From: Mytilus californianus | Taxonomy: Eukaryota | Assembly (NCBI RefSeq): GCF_021869535.1 | Contig: NW_026262679.1 | Coordinates: forward strand, 56,544,001-56,608,000 | Direction of reading: 5' to 3' | Length of the DNA stretch: 64,000 bases | Made by a program: the position numbers and the translations under genes | Shown: piece after piece, positions 34,322 through 47,409 of the stretch | How the letters are laid out: every line of letters starts with the position of its first letter | Numbering within the stretch: the stretch's first letter is position 1 | Notes under the pieces: model-generated | Seen by the model: the letters and a program-made list of their open reading frames with translations, nothing else | What the model was told of the DNA's origin: nothing | Database searches by the model: none

Positions 34322-37300
34322 ACCACACATAAGTTAAAATCAATCTTAAGCCAAAACAGCAGAAAGGATGAAGTCAAAAATTTAATTATTTAGTTGTTAA
34401 ACTATAATCTCCTCCCAAAATGACAATGTTCATATTATGATTGCTTAATCGTCATTTACATGGTAAAGTTCACAGCAATAACATATCATTTTAAAATATA
34501 ATTATGTGGACAGAATTTAGAGAAATTGCAATTGCATTTTGTCGCCACTTTTTATGTACATCTAAAAGTCTATTGCTCAATTCCTGAATATTAAATTGAT
34601 TGTTTCTAGAAGCATCATGCAAGATATTTTTTTTTTCGATTGTGAAATGCAGTCAGCCTAATTGTGTATACTTTAATAGAAAAACAAAGGGGGTATGTAT
34701 CCATGACACAAAATCAGTACATGCACAGCACAAAACAAACAAAAAGCAAAGGAACAGCGCTTTTATCGCAGTTCTTCATCTCAAAGTCACATTTAGCAAA
34801 ACAACTCTCATATCACTGAACCAGTTTGAGCGGAATATTTTGCAAATATGATTCGGGTAGACTTGGAAAGATGTAACACCACAAAACCGGGCCCGGTCAA
34901 AAAGAACATACTGGAAAGAAGTACATATTTAAAACAAAATAATTCCTACGCATAGTTGTAAATATAAAACTAGTATGTAGAACATGTTTTAGTAGTCTAG
35001 AAAGGTGAAGGACTGGTGATCCTTGTAGAACAAATTTTGACTGATAATTTTAAATAATACAAACATGTATGAATTAATCTAAAAGGAGGGCATATATTGA
35101 CCGTTCCTCAGATAAGAAGTACCTGATTTGGGTATATTCAAAGCTCCGGTAACAAGTACGATCTGATGTGTAAATAATGGTCGACTAAATTTCCTAATTA
35201 CGGGTGTGCTCATCTAACCTGTCTATTTAAGGTCAAAGCTCTGATAATGTGTTATCCTTTGTACAGAAAACTTAAATAACAAATATGATATAAAATTTCA
35301 AACTAGTCACTGAACCAAAACGCGTTACATAATATAATGAATATGTTATTTTTTAAGATAAATTATTTAAATGATCTTGAAGATGGCCTTATGACTTATG
35401 ACTTATAATGTCGTGTATATGACTTGAAACTTGTAAATTTTTATCTTAATTGACTGTCGCAAGTTTGTTATCATTCAATATGTCGAGATAACTAATTACA
35501 AGATAAACGATAAATTCATTTTAAACGGAATGCTTAAAATAGAGTAAAGGAAAGAAGAAATACAAACACAACCCTTACCATATTTTCCATTCAATAAAAA
35601 ATCAGACTGACAGATTTGAAGATTTTCTAGGATAGGCAAAACAATTCCACCAAAGTAAAGTTAAGTGTATCATTTCCAAGTTCCACATGTTTAACAAACA
35701 ATTCAAATTGACAAAAATTCTTCTTAATATTTTATAATAATAAAAATATATGATATTTTATTCAATAAAATATCAAGCATATGAGTTAATACAATACTCA
35801 ATATATACGAAACATATGCATAAAGACAATATTAACACATACTTTGTAAAATATAATGGAATTTTATGAGTGTAGTATCCTTAAGTGCATGGAAAAAATT
35901 TGCTGATATTTTATCAGGGATAACCCATGAAAGCTCTATAGCTTGTTTCCAATGGGGTCCCTCATGTAAACGGCTTATAGTTTCGACATACAAAAAATGA
36001 TATCACACAAATTAATATGACATAAAAACTTCATATAAAAATAATTTAAATAAAAAATAAGTTTAATAATATAAAAAGAAGTCTGATGAAGCCGCACTAT
36101 TATATTTTAACAATATTAACGGTATGTTGGGTCACTGAGACACCAACACAACAACACGGTGACCACCCATAAAAACACCATCAAAACACAAGTTGTACAG
36201 AGAATGAAGTTTTGAAAGGGTTAGGACATAAAGGATCGTAAGAATGTGACGAACACGCAGATTAAATACAAAGTAGATTAATTTTCAGAAAATATACAAT
36301 TTATCATTTGTACAGAAAAAATATCTTTTAACGTACAATTAATCATGTCGTAGATTATATAATTTTTAATTAAATAACTAATCATTGTCAACAATTCTAA
36401 TGCTAAGGATTTCTATAAAATGTACAATGATAAGTTGTATATTTTCTGAAAATCGACTTTTTGTTTATATGTTCAGGCAAAATAAACGATTCATTTTAGA
36501 GATATAACCCGTAAAGGTAAGCACGATAGATTATCAACTAACTAATCTTTTAATTATTCATTTTCAATACAGTTACTAATTTAAAATTAATATAGTGGAT
36601 GGGGTGTTTAGACCGTACACATAAAAAGGCAGAAATTGTTTTATGGTGGGTTTTTTTTCGGCTAGCCATCGCATTTGTAAGATTGTTATTCCAGAGATTC
36701 GTTTTGAAATAGGAATCATACGTTTAAATTGCTGCAATTCCAAATAAGTAAGTGCAAGTGCTTTAAAACTGCTAGACTACAAGTATACCATCCGCACAAA
36801 TAAGTGCTTTTATGCTTGAAAATGTATATCATTCATTTTATATTGTAAATATTCAATTTCTAAATTATCTAATTGACCTAAAGCTAAGGCGGCTATTTAC
36901 TACCCTGAGACGGTTTGGGTATAATGTGCATGCCACTTGGTTTTGCTTTCCTAGACATCGGACTTTTTGTCTCCACTAAACCGCAAAAAGAATTCTTCGA
37001 AAATAGTTGTTTTGCACAGCCGCATATGTTTTTACATTATGCCGCTTAATCAGTTGAGCTGCTAATTGTGTGTCAGTCTACCAAAAATGTATAACTATCA
37101 ACTCAGTAGCCAGCATGTTGGTACCGGAGTGACTAATATGATTTATTTCAATGGCGGCCATATCAGTCTATGAAAACCCTTTCAATGATTAAAACTAAGG
37201 TAAAAATTCTCATAGAGGCAAAGTTGCATTTGTTTTCTCTGGTCTTGTTTAGTTTTGAAATCATGAAAAACTGCAAGCGTTTAATGCTTTAGGCTTCCGA

Positions 37301-38044
37301 TAAATTTTGGTCTTGCATTTCTCCGGACGAAACATGGTTGAGGTGCACTGAAGTTGATACGTTTACTAACATGTGTCGTAATTTTTTAGTTCGGCCAAAA
37401 CATAAAAGTATGTTTGTTTTCTAAACTTCAATAATTGTAAAGAAAATTTAGATCTTTTGATTAACCGCTGGTTGTGCGTAAAAAGGACTTCTTTTTCTTG
37501 ACCCTTACACAAGTAAACAAAATTTAAAGGGTAGTTTTTTCCTGAAATCGATATGTGAGTGGTTAAAAATTTTCCGGTTAATACGTCAAACTCGTTGTTG
37601 GTGGCGACAAAAATGGCCGACATGTAATCGACTTATACATGCGGAAATAAAGCAGTACCAAAACCTTTGAAATCTTCCTCAAGGACCATTGATGTTTAAA
37701 TTTTGCAACAAAAAGAAGTTTTTAGTGGTAAGTGATTTTTTTTAATTTTTCTTTTCAAAATGAAGTAAAGTCAAGCACCCCCAGTTTTTGGTGGGTTTCG
37801 TGTTGCTTAGTCTTTAGTTTTCTATGTTGTGTCATCTGTACTATTATTTGTCTGATTGTCTTTTTATTTTTGGCCATGGCGTTGTCAGTTTGTTTTCGAT
37901 CTATGAGTCTTTCGTCCCTCTTTTTCAAGCAACTACAGGTTATCTAAGGCTAAAATAACACTATAAATTTGGTGTTCCCAGAAGTGTTTTTCTAATTAAC
38001 ATTCATTAGGAACGGTCATTCAAAGATCTTAGACCGACAATTAT

Positions 38045-38716
38045 TGTCCCCCGCGTGACGCGTTGCGGGGGATATGAAAATACCGGGCGTCCGTCCGTCT
38101 GTCCCGTCCGTCCGTGTGTCCGTCCGTCCGGTCTTGTTAGCGCTCTCACAGGTACAATTCTTGTCAAATTTTTATAAAACTTATGCTATAGGTTAATATC
38201 AACAATATCTCGGACAAGTTATATAATGGTGGCCGATCGACTTATTTTAAAAGAGTTATTCCCCTTGGAAATATTAAATTTATGGAAAATGGCCTCGTTA
38301 GCGCTCTCAAGGGGGACAATTCTTGCCAGATTTTTAACAAACTTATACTATAGGTTAATATTAACAATATCTCGGACAAGTTCTATAATGGTGGCCGGTC
38401 GACTTTTTGTAAAAGAGTTATGCCCCTTGGAAATATTTAATTGATGGAAAATGGCCTCGTTAGCGCTGTCACGGGTACAAATCTTGCCAGATTTTTCTAA
38501 ATCTTATACTATAATAGGTTAATATCAGCAATATCTCGGACTCGTTCAATAATGATGGCCGATCGACTTTTTTAAAAGAGCTATGCCCCTTGGAAATATC
38601 AAATTTATAGAAAATTGCCTCGTTAGCGCTACAAAAAAAGTGTTTTATTTAGTTATTGCCCTTGTACCTTGGATAGATAAAATATGTGCAACGCGGGGGA
38701 CATTGGAACTCTGTTC
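38045..38716 (+). mobile_element. Complete Helentron-type element carrying ~162-bp satellite-like repeats
   Basis: Subterminal tgtcccccgcgt / acgcgggggaca, 5' inverted repeat, (ccgt)n microsatellite, ttagcgct anchors at 38137, 38298, 38460, 38623; 3' end remnant of the family at about 23761-23795. Confidence 0.85.
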
Positions 38717-38776
38717 TTTTATGTATTTTGTTTTTCTCTTGTATATGTTAGGATTTTGTGTCTGGAAACGATCTAC

Positions 38777-39640
38777 ATATCACTTCTTTAAGATGGAATT
38801 TTTTACTGCAAAAAATGTTCTACTTAAGTTATGTACATTACTAGAATAAGATTGTTAACATTTGATAAATTTATGAACAATAGTTAGGAGGAGATACCTA
38901 AAAGTTCGACTGTTGTGGAATATCTATGTAAAGAATTACCACAGATATGTTTCAAAAGAGAGGCAAAAGATACCAAAGGGATATTCAAACTCATAAGTCG
39001 AAAATAAACTCACAACACCATGGCTTAAAAAGAAAAAGACAAACAGACAAACAATAGTGTCCAAAACACAACTAAAGACTGAGCAACATGAACCTCACCA
39101 AAAACTGTCATAACCACATTACCGATTGAGAATAATCACCAGATTTCTACTTAACATAAGCAACATGATGGGTTCCTCTAATGGATCAGGATCTTCTTAT
39201 CTTTACAGAGCATCAAAGATCACCCCTAAATTTGTTTAGTGTGGTTCGTGTTGCACAGTCGATAGTTTTCTATGCAGTTACCTCAAATTACTTAAAACCG
39301 TTTCTAAATTCTTCCATAGATACGAATATTTGGTTTGAAAGTTTGGATGTACTTGTAGAAGACTTGTTACAAACGGGATAGCACATTCTCATTTTTACGG
39401 TGATATTGCTTATCTAAGACGTAAATTTAGACACGATCAATCCTTTAAATAGGCTTATTCTAAAAGGTTATCAATTCAACACTGTAATCAGACCTTTGAT
39501 CGGTATAAATGTTGATTTTGTTATCAGTAAATTAAAATGAAATTAAATATTAATGTTTATACACTTACATGTATGTACATTTATGGTTCTACCATTTTTT
39601 TAAACCTACATTTTGGCATTGTACAAGATCATGTTTTTTT
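38777..39640 (+). repeat. Segmental duplication, copy 1 of a mosaic block (partner 48188-49055)
   Basis: Collinear over about 860 bp including identical TE-fragment junctions. Confidence 0.9.
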
Positions 39641-40075
39641 CTCTCGACTGTTAATGACGTCTTTCACTAAATCCATTGGATGTTGGATGTGTACTGATTG
39701 ATATTTTAGTCTTAGACACATGATTTTTTATTAATTGTTATTGGCTTTCAGTAACTGCGAGTACTCGCAGGTCTGTACTTTGTGTCTTTTGAGTTTTGTT
39801 AGGGTTTTTTATATGCTCTGTATCAATCTGATGAGTTAAGCCCTTTTCGACTGATTTTTATAGTGTATTATTATGTTGTTCTGTTACACACCTCTGCCAC
39901 AGATTAGGGACGGGAGGGGGTTGTTAGGGGAAGGGGTGGGTTGGCGCCAGGAAACATATTTAACCCCCCACCACCACCCCACCCCACCCCCCCCCCCCCC
40001 ACCCCCCCCCCCCCCCCACATTCTGTATGTGCCTGTTCCAAGTCAGGAGCCTGTAATTCAGTGGTTGTAGTTATG
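39260..40075 (+). mobile_element. PLE family A 3' end: RT C-terminus, trailer, twister-like motif with poly-C expansion
   Basis: KFFHRY...GIAHSHFYGD...LILKGYQFN, then trailer collinear with 56100-56730 and 57964-58100. Confidence 0.8.
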
Positions 40076-40789
40076 GACAGTATGGCAAACAAGCAATTGT
40101 TTAAATATCCACATTGGATTTTTCAAATTCCTATTTGTACCAAATTAAATCTTGTTCTATAGCCTTTATATATGTTTATGAAACTAAAGCTTTTTCTAGA
40201 AACGTTATTGTAGGTTTGAAATTTAGTTTAATTTTTAGATTTCCGTTTCATTTTCAATATGGACAGTGCAACCGCAGCAAAAAGTACACCGTTTGTTTGT
40301 GTAATGATTTTTACAGGTCCGGCTTATTTTACGGAATATCATATTTAGAAAGTGTTAAATAATGAGTTTAAATACCCCTTCATTTTCCAGAAAATACGTG
40401 TTTGTTTGTGGAACAATCAGGTCATTCGATGTAGCGTGCATTTTTTATACTGACATATTAAATATTAAATAAATTTTCAACATAAATTACAACATCACAT
40501 TTAAATCCACGTTTTTAGACATTTAGCGACTTTGCATTTTTTATTATTCGTAAACCAAACAATGAAAATGTAAGTCATTGGTTGAATATTGTATTGTGCA
40601 CTTTTGAAATGGTATCAACTATCAGATTATGTAATTGCGAATTGTACAAACAATATAAAAGGACGACCATTCGATTAAGGGGAGTGGGTTAGGGTGGCTG
40701 GAAAATTTTGAAAATGAATATTGTAGTCCCCATATGCATTAAGATTGAAATATATAATCTGACCATAACCAACAATAATGCACTTTCAA

Positions 40790-41660
40790 GGTACTACAAT
40801 CTGTCGATACCTATAATTTGGCATTGCACAATGTCATGTTTTTCTCTGACTGTTAATGACGTCTTTACAATAAATCCATTGGATGTTGGATGTGTACTGA
40901 TTGATATTTAATCTTAGATACAAGATTTTTTTTTTATTTAGCTGTAAAGTACTCTCAGATCTGCACTTTGTGTTTTTTGTTGTTGTTTGGGATGTATAAA
41001 TGCTCTGCCACGTCCGGTCTTCTCTTTTTTTTTTCCTTTTTAGATGTTTTTTTCTGCTTTGTATCGATCTGATAAGTTAAACCCTTTTCAACTGTTTTTT
41101 TTATATTTTGTTCTTATGGTGTGATGTAACACCACTGTCCCAGGTTAGGGAAGGGACTGAGCGCTAACAAACATGACTTTTGATTACTGTGAATACTTTT
41201 ATTTTCATGGGCAAATTTCGTTGTTTTGGCAAAGTCCGCATAAATTCCTTGGAAAATTTGTAATTCGTTTAACATTTAAATTAGTGGTTCCCCTGTACCC
41301 ACGAAATCCACGAAAATTGGTATCCAACGAATAATATTGAATCCACAGTAACTCCGCCACATTCTTTAAATATGTGCCTGTCCCATGTCAGGAGCCTGTA
41401 GTTCAGTGGTTGTCGTTGGTTCATGTCTGTCATATTTGTTTTTCGTAAATTGTTTTATTATGAATTAGGCCGTTAGTTTTCTCAATTGAACTGTTTCATA
41501 TTTTAATGTCGAGGCCTTTTAAAACCGACTATACGGTATGGGTTTTTCTCATTGTTGAAGGCCGTACGGTTGCCTATAATTGCTAACATGTACTTCATTT
41601 GAACTAAGTGGATAGTTGTCTCATTGGCAATCATACCACATTTCCTTATTTTTATATGAC
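40790..41660 (+). mobile_element. PLE family A 3' trailer interrupted by a MITE
   Basis: Collinear with 56415-56730 plus 57964-58355. Confidence 0.85.
41185..41350. mobile_element. MITE with TA target duplication
   Basis: TA-ctgtgaat ... atccacag-TA; flanks rejoin into the trailer sequence t-TA-actccgccac. Confidence 0.8.
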
Positions 41661-43149
41661 AATAAATATTCTGGCCTAAATATATTCAAAATGTTCAATA
41701 TATAATGGGAGGTTAATGTGAAGTATCTGTTAAATGTCTAGCTACCTAATAATATCATTTTGTTGAATGTGGCAAAAAAAATCACTATTTTTTTTTTATA
41801 ATTTGTTTACAATGACATGATAATTAATCATATATGTGTTTTCATTTATTTTATAGAGAAATTTTCTACTTAAAATTGTGAGTTTCTCGGGATCAGAGAA
41901 TTTCTGGAAAAATTCTGAAAGAAAATTTCAACTATTTATGAAATATTTTTTAGCTTTTATCAAATTTCACAGATTCTAATTGACATCAATTAATCAATGC
42001 ATCAGTGGATATTCATAAAATATTTCATGAGACTTTTCACCCGATTTCTGAATTCCTTCCAGAGTCATATTTGACTTGTTTAAAGACAATTCAAATATCG
42101 ACTTTGAATGTCTAGGCATAATGCAAGATTATAAAATAAAAAATCTTCGCAAAATAAATTTATTAAAAGTCTTGGCTAATTTATTACAAATATATCCATG
42201 GTATTAACGTTTAACTTTTTAGGAATGAAAATATTTCGGTCATTGAAATCTGAGACATCAAAACAAACACGTGCACATCGCACCAACTGAGATGATTATC
42301 TTTATTCAAGCAAACAAATCACTAACAAGGAACGCAAGGAAATTTATCAATACAAAAGTATATTTTGTTGTGGAAGTTCAGCATGCTGAAGATCATGAAA
42401 AAAAAAATGTTCGTCATTATTTGAAAAAAATGTAATGTTTTGAATTCGACAAATTTTAATGATTCAAAGGAAATGTCTTCTTGTTCTTGTCTTTCTACAT
42501 TTTTGTCCGTAGGTCAAAAATAGATTTTAACTTATGACCAAAACACGTCTCATAGTAGTATGATAAAAATATTTTAGCTTTTAATCGTCTCGTTTTAAGT
42601 CATATCCTGTATTTACCTTTTCTAAATATAACAAAATAGGTGCCTAGTATCATCATAATACCTTTTTTTTTAATTTGACAAATTTTGATGATTCAAAGGA
42701 AATGTCTTCTTGTACTTGTTATTCTACATTTTTTGTCCATAGTTCCTGCAAAAAAAGATTTTAACTTATGACCAAAACATGTCTAATAGTAGTAGTATAA
42801 ATACATGTTAGCCTTTAATCGTCTCGTTTTAAGATATATCCTGTATTTACCTTTTCTAAATATAACAAAATATGTGCTTTAGAATCATTATAATACCAAT
42901 TTGAACTACAAATCAAGAAAAATTTTAGGGGTGAATGTTTTGAGAATATTTATAGTATGCTGTATGTGGTGCAAGATCCAAAGTGAACAAAGTTATCATG
43001 TAGATTATTTCATTTATTCACTACATTTTTCGGTTTGGTGTTCTTTATGATTTGATAATTTGAGTTGCATGATCATTAGTTTAAAACACATCACAAAGTT
43101 TAATTAATACTTTATTAAGCACATATTTTACCCATAAGAGGGTTAAAGG

Positions 43150-43860
43150 CATAATGACAATTACATGTATAAACAACAATATAATGATGACATTTGTATT
43201 TACATGAAAATAAAATAAAATATTAAACACAACAAATGACCTCAAGTGTCCTCAGTTCCATAGACTGTTTGATAAAGGATCATAAAGATTTCACTAGCTG
43301 ACTAGTACAATGTAGTTGAAATTTAGAACATATTTCGTTTTATTATCAGAAAAACCTTTGTATTGGTTTTATTTTCGTTTGAAAAAGACATATCTTAAAT
43401 CATTATTTATTTTACAATAATTTAATTGTGGATGTGAATTGTGAATTTGGATGGCTAAAAGTGTTTTGTCTATCAGTTCATAGACATAATTTTGTCATGT
43501 GACCTTGACGTTACCAGCGTTTTTTCATGATTTACTTCTTAATAAAATAATGGAATTTAAAATTAAATATTACAGTCATTCCTTAATAAAAGAAAGAAAT
43601 GGGATTGATCATCCGGAATTTTGCAAAGCCTTTCAGGGCGTGGAATATTTTTATATCTTCCAGTTTCAATAGCGAGGGAATGATCACTAATTCTAAATTC
43701 TAAATTAGCATATTAGTTTCCTTGTATTAAGATTAGGGTATGTCAATATTTTGTAAAACGTGCTTTTTGGTACAAAATGACTTGAAAAGGCAACATAAAA
43801 ATCGCAGGGAAATACAAAGGGTTAAAACATAACCGCATAAAGCATCAAAATGAAAAAAAA
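43150..43860 (-). mobile_element. CR1/L2-type non-LTR element C-terminal remnant
   Basis: Paralogous to 51940-52460 (RISDHSLAIETGRY ... LC..C..DD..HF). Confidence 0.7.
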
Positions 43861-45313
43861 AGAGATGGAGTATGTTTCACAATAAGACAACTATCCACCA
43901 GAATATAAATGACGTGGAAGTCAGCAACTACAAATTATACATGATTGAGTCGTAATAGTTTGTAATGCTCAATCTTAAGTTTTCTGTGTTTTGTTTATTA
44001 TTGTTGTTCGTTTCTGCGTTGTTTTTACTTTGGACATGAAGATTTCTGCTTAATTGGACTTGTGGTTTTAGATGGTTTAAGATTGCCAACTTGTTAATTC
44101 TCATTATAGCTATTAATATAAACTTGAACGCAACTATGCTTAATTCGATACAAACTAACATTGATATTTGTAATGAAATTCTCCAAGTCGAAAAACGTAC
44201 ATTTTATTATAATACTAATATCAGACAAGGTTTGCAAATATTTCAAAGTCAATTTTGGATAATTAGATTTCTAGACGTGATCCTGATCCTTCTCGAAATT
44301 CGCTAGTAAATGTTTCGTTAAAATTATGAAACCTATCTGCATCAGTTTATTGTATGCTTGCATTTCTGTGTTTAAGCTGAACTTAGCATATTTTGTATTG
44401 GTTATGATGTAATAGTATTTGAAGAAAATTGATCCAAAATATTACGCAAATGTGAAAACAAACAACGTGGAACACAAACATACAAGGTTTTTCCTTATTC
44501 AAAAACATCATCATCCATCACAATTAAACTGTCCCACTTATGTGTTTATCATTTATCTTTAGACATGTAGTTATCGAAAAGGATCAATAACTGTGACCCG
44601 TGTATCTATGAAGGATACACATTTTCAGAAAACTTAATGTCGATAAGACAGTATTTCATTTTATGTATTATGTTCAATTTAAACCGGTATATGTCTCCGT
44701 AGAAATGTAAATAAATCGTATGCTTGAGTTAATCTGACGCTTTTAATCTTTATAGAAATAAGGCAATTGACTAACCAATAAACTAGGTCAAATGTATTTT
44801 ATTTTGGAGACTAAGTTTTAAGTTAAACTACTTCATAGAATTCATGAAAATACCCCTTTCTATCACTAAAACAACTGCCCTTAACAGTTTTATTGTCCGT
44901 AACATTAAATTCTTCCGTTTACACAATATACCGAATTAACAACTCGTTCAACTAGCAAGTAAAGTATTTTCTGGAAATCAAAGGCCTGGTTGATTTATAA
45001 TCTTAATATAATCAAGATTTTCCATTTTCTTGGACATGAAAAAAAAACCACCCGTATTAACGCCAAAATGCGTTTTGGATTTTAATTTTTTTAATCCTTT
45101 ATTTTTCTTTCGTTTCAAGAAAATTACCAATCAATAATTTAGAAAGATCAGATTTTAAACCGCCTACAAAGTCTTTCATAATTACTAATATATTATTAAT
45201 ATGTAATAAGAAACTGTTTACAGTATAGATCACAGGGTGACGAACCCAAAACTTATTGAACGTTTCTTGACGATTATATATTTGCCATAACCTTCGAACA
45301 GATTTGAAAGTAT

Positions 45314-45347
45314 GATTGATTGATTGTTGGTTGCTTAACGTCCAACG
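45314..45347 (-). mobile_element. 34-bp retroposon 3' tip with (AATC)n tail and 9-bp TSD
   Basis: tgaaagtat at 45305-45313 and 45348-45356; absent from the paralogous site near 59855. Confidence 0.8.
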
Positions 45348-45939
45348 TGAAAGTATTGTGGGGTATCTATGGATAACTGTTTCAATGGTGTACACGTCGA
45401 ATTTATATAAAAAAAAGTACTAAAACATAAAAACAGAAACGCCCCCTCGAAAAAATTATATACTAAGTGTCACATATTGATCTATAATAAAATTACAAAA
45501 CAACATCATGAAAAAAGTATCAATACCCAGCTGCAAAAGACTTATGATACACTGTATATACAAATAAAAACTATGATAATAATACTAAGGGAAAATATTT
45601 TTTACAAAAATGCATAGTCATGTTTTACATCATTTAAAATGTTCATATGATTATAAAGTATCTATTTGTGAACTCTTCAAAATAATAATAATCTTGAACT
45701 TAATAATACAAATCAACGATAAAACAAGAATTATCATTAAAGTTTACACGTTTACCTAACAATAAAATTATTTTCATTTACCTGTGTTTAAAGTTATTGC
45801 AAATGGCTGATATTTTTGTTCGAGCATATTGTTTTTCTTTAATTGTTTAACATTATATACCGATATAACATGTTACTTTTATTATTCTTCCCTTAGTTTA
45901 TTTATTTTGTATTTACATTGTATCATAGGTCAAATTTAT

Positions 45940-46392
45940 TTGTTCAGTGTATGTTCAATGGTGTTAATATGTCCTTTGATTGAGCAAAGCTATTTCAGTT
46001 GATATATTATAGTGTGTCTTTCTATGTTGTGATGTTACACTATTGTTTCAGAAAAAGGGTGAAGGTTTGGTACCATTAAAACGTTTAAACCCGCTGCATT
46101 TGTTTGTACCTGTCCTAAGTCAGGAATCTGATGTTCAGTAGATGTCGTTTGTTGATGTGGTTCATAAGTGTTTCTCGTTTCTCGTTTTTTATATAGATAA
46201 GACCGTTGTTTTTCCCGTTTGAATGGTTTTACACTAGTAATTTTTGGGGCCCTTTATAGCTTACTGTTCGGTGTGAGCTAAGGCTCAGTGTTGAAGACCG
46301 TACTGTGACCTATAATGGTTTACTTTTATAAATTTTTACTTGGATGGAGAGCTGTCTCATTGGCACTCATACCACATCTTCTTATATCTAAT
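45940..46392 (+). mobile_element. Retroelement 3' trailer, family B
   Basis: Same layout as the family A trailer and ends gtctcattggcactcataccacatctt; a 3' tip copy lies at 51785-51840. Confidence 0.75.
46040..46141 (+). ncRNA. Type-P5-like twister ribozyme candidate, core intact
   Basis: P5 ctattg/cagtag and tcaga/tctga; P2 GGGT/ACCC; GAAGG; U-A-A 46086-46088; GC; P3 TGCA/TGTA; P4 CCTG/CAGG; L4 TCCTAAGT; T1 CCT/AGG; no canonical P1. Confidence 0.72.
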
Positions 46393-47409
46393 TCGTTTAA
46401 AAACATCACTAGGGTAAAGGTTACGTAAAAATTCAGTAAGCTTACGTTAACTTCAAAAGTCGATAAGAGAGATTTACATTGTAAAAAAAAATTACTAAAG
46501 CAATACAATAAGTTCTAATTATGCTATGAACAATTTTACGTCTCATAAAACATTTATGGAGTATGTGAGCTAAAAGTGGTTGGGTTTCATTACATTTCAT
46601 TATAGATGTAAATTTGTGTACCGTTGTAAACATTTCAAAACTATCTATTAACCGTTTAGCATTTTGTAATAGTTAAAATCGAATGTCAGAATAGAGCAGA
46701 CAGTTCATCATGAAGTGTATTTCATTTTCTACAGTTTAATTGTCACACAAATTACAAAATCGTTCATTCAAAAGGTATCTGGTGTCTGAAGTATCGTCTC
46801 GTTTCAATAACCACTTCTAAAGAGTGACATTGTTCGTCTTACGGAACGTGGGATGTTACGCTGTATATATTGTTATGTTTTAACATTTCTTTGTATAAGC
46901 GATAAATTCGTAATTATATTCCATTTGCTTGATTTTTGTCATTAAAAAGTTCAGATTGAAATTCACCATTATCTCGAATTGTCAGTTTGTCTTTAATTGG
47001 ATATACTGCTGATTTTAATGACATTTGATAGATTTTATAAAACCAATCACTTGCTTGTGCCATCCTTTCCGACGTCTTCAGGCCCGGTCCGACACCGTTG
47101 TAATTAGTCTGTCATCGTCTATGCGTTTCAACCTACATAATAGACGAATGCATGACAGTTTTTTTTTGTTGAAACATGTAATTAGTCCCAAATCGCCACG
47201 CACTGCTGAGTTTGATGTTCGTTTTCCTACAGCTAGAAATAATTTTCATGCTTTGTTTTGAACGTTGTAAATCACACCATATTGTCTTGTTCCCCATATA
47301 CCACTTCCATAGAAGAAGAAAGGCTAAATTTGAATTCATACAACTTAAAGAAAACACGATGAGTCATACATTCACTACTTATAAATTTTCCGTATAGGAC
47401 GCCTAGTGC

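Larger units (their letters stand above)
42310..45440. repeat. Segmental duplication block A (partners 51370-54520 and 59330-59960)
   Basis: Collinear non-TE sequence plus a shared CR1/L2 fragment; internal ~245-bp tandem duplication 42420-42890. Confidence 0.9.

Noticed and set aside
35120-35170. Minus-strand IVLVTGA peptide before a donor-like site, resembling a short-chain dehydrogenase start
   Set aside because: The glycine-rich motif does not continue and no partner exons were found.
36880-37640. GC-richer patch with ATGGCGGC and AAAATGGCCG (YY1-like) motifs
   Set aside because: No downstream exons or TIRs could be tied to it; cannot distinguish a promoter from a decayed DNA transposon.
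39873-40162. Poly-Pro and poly-Gly ORFs (also 10736-10930)
   Set aside because: Translations of C homopolymer tracts.
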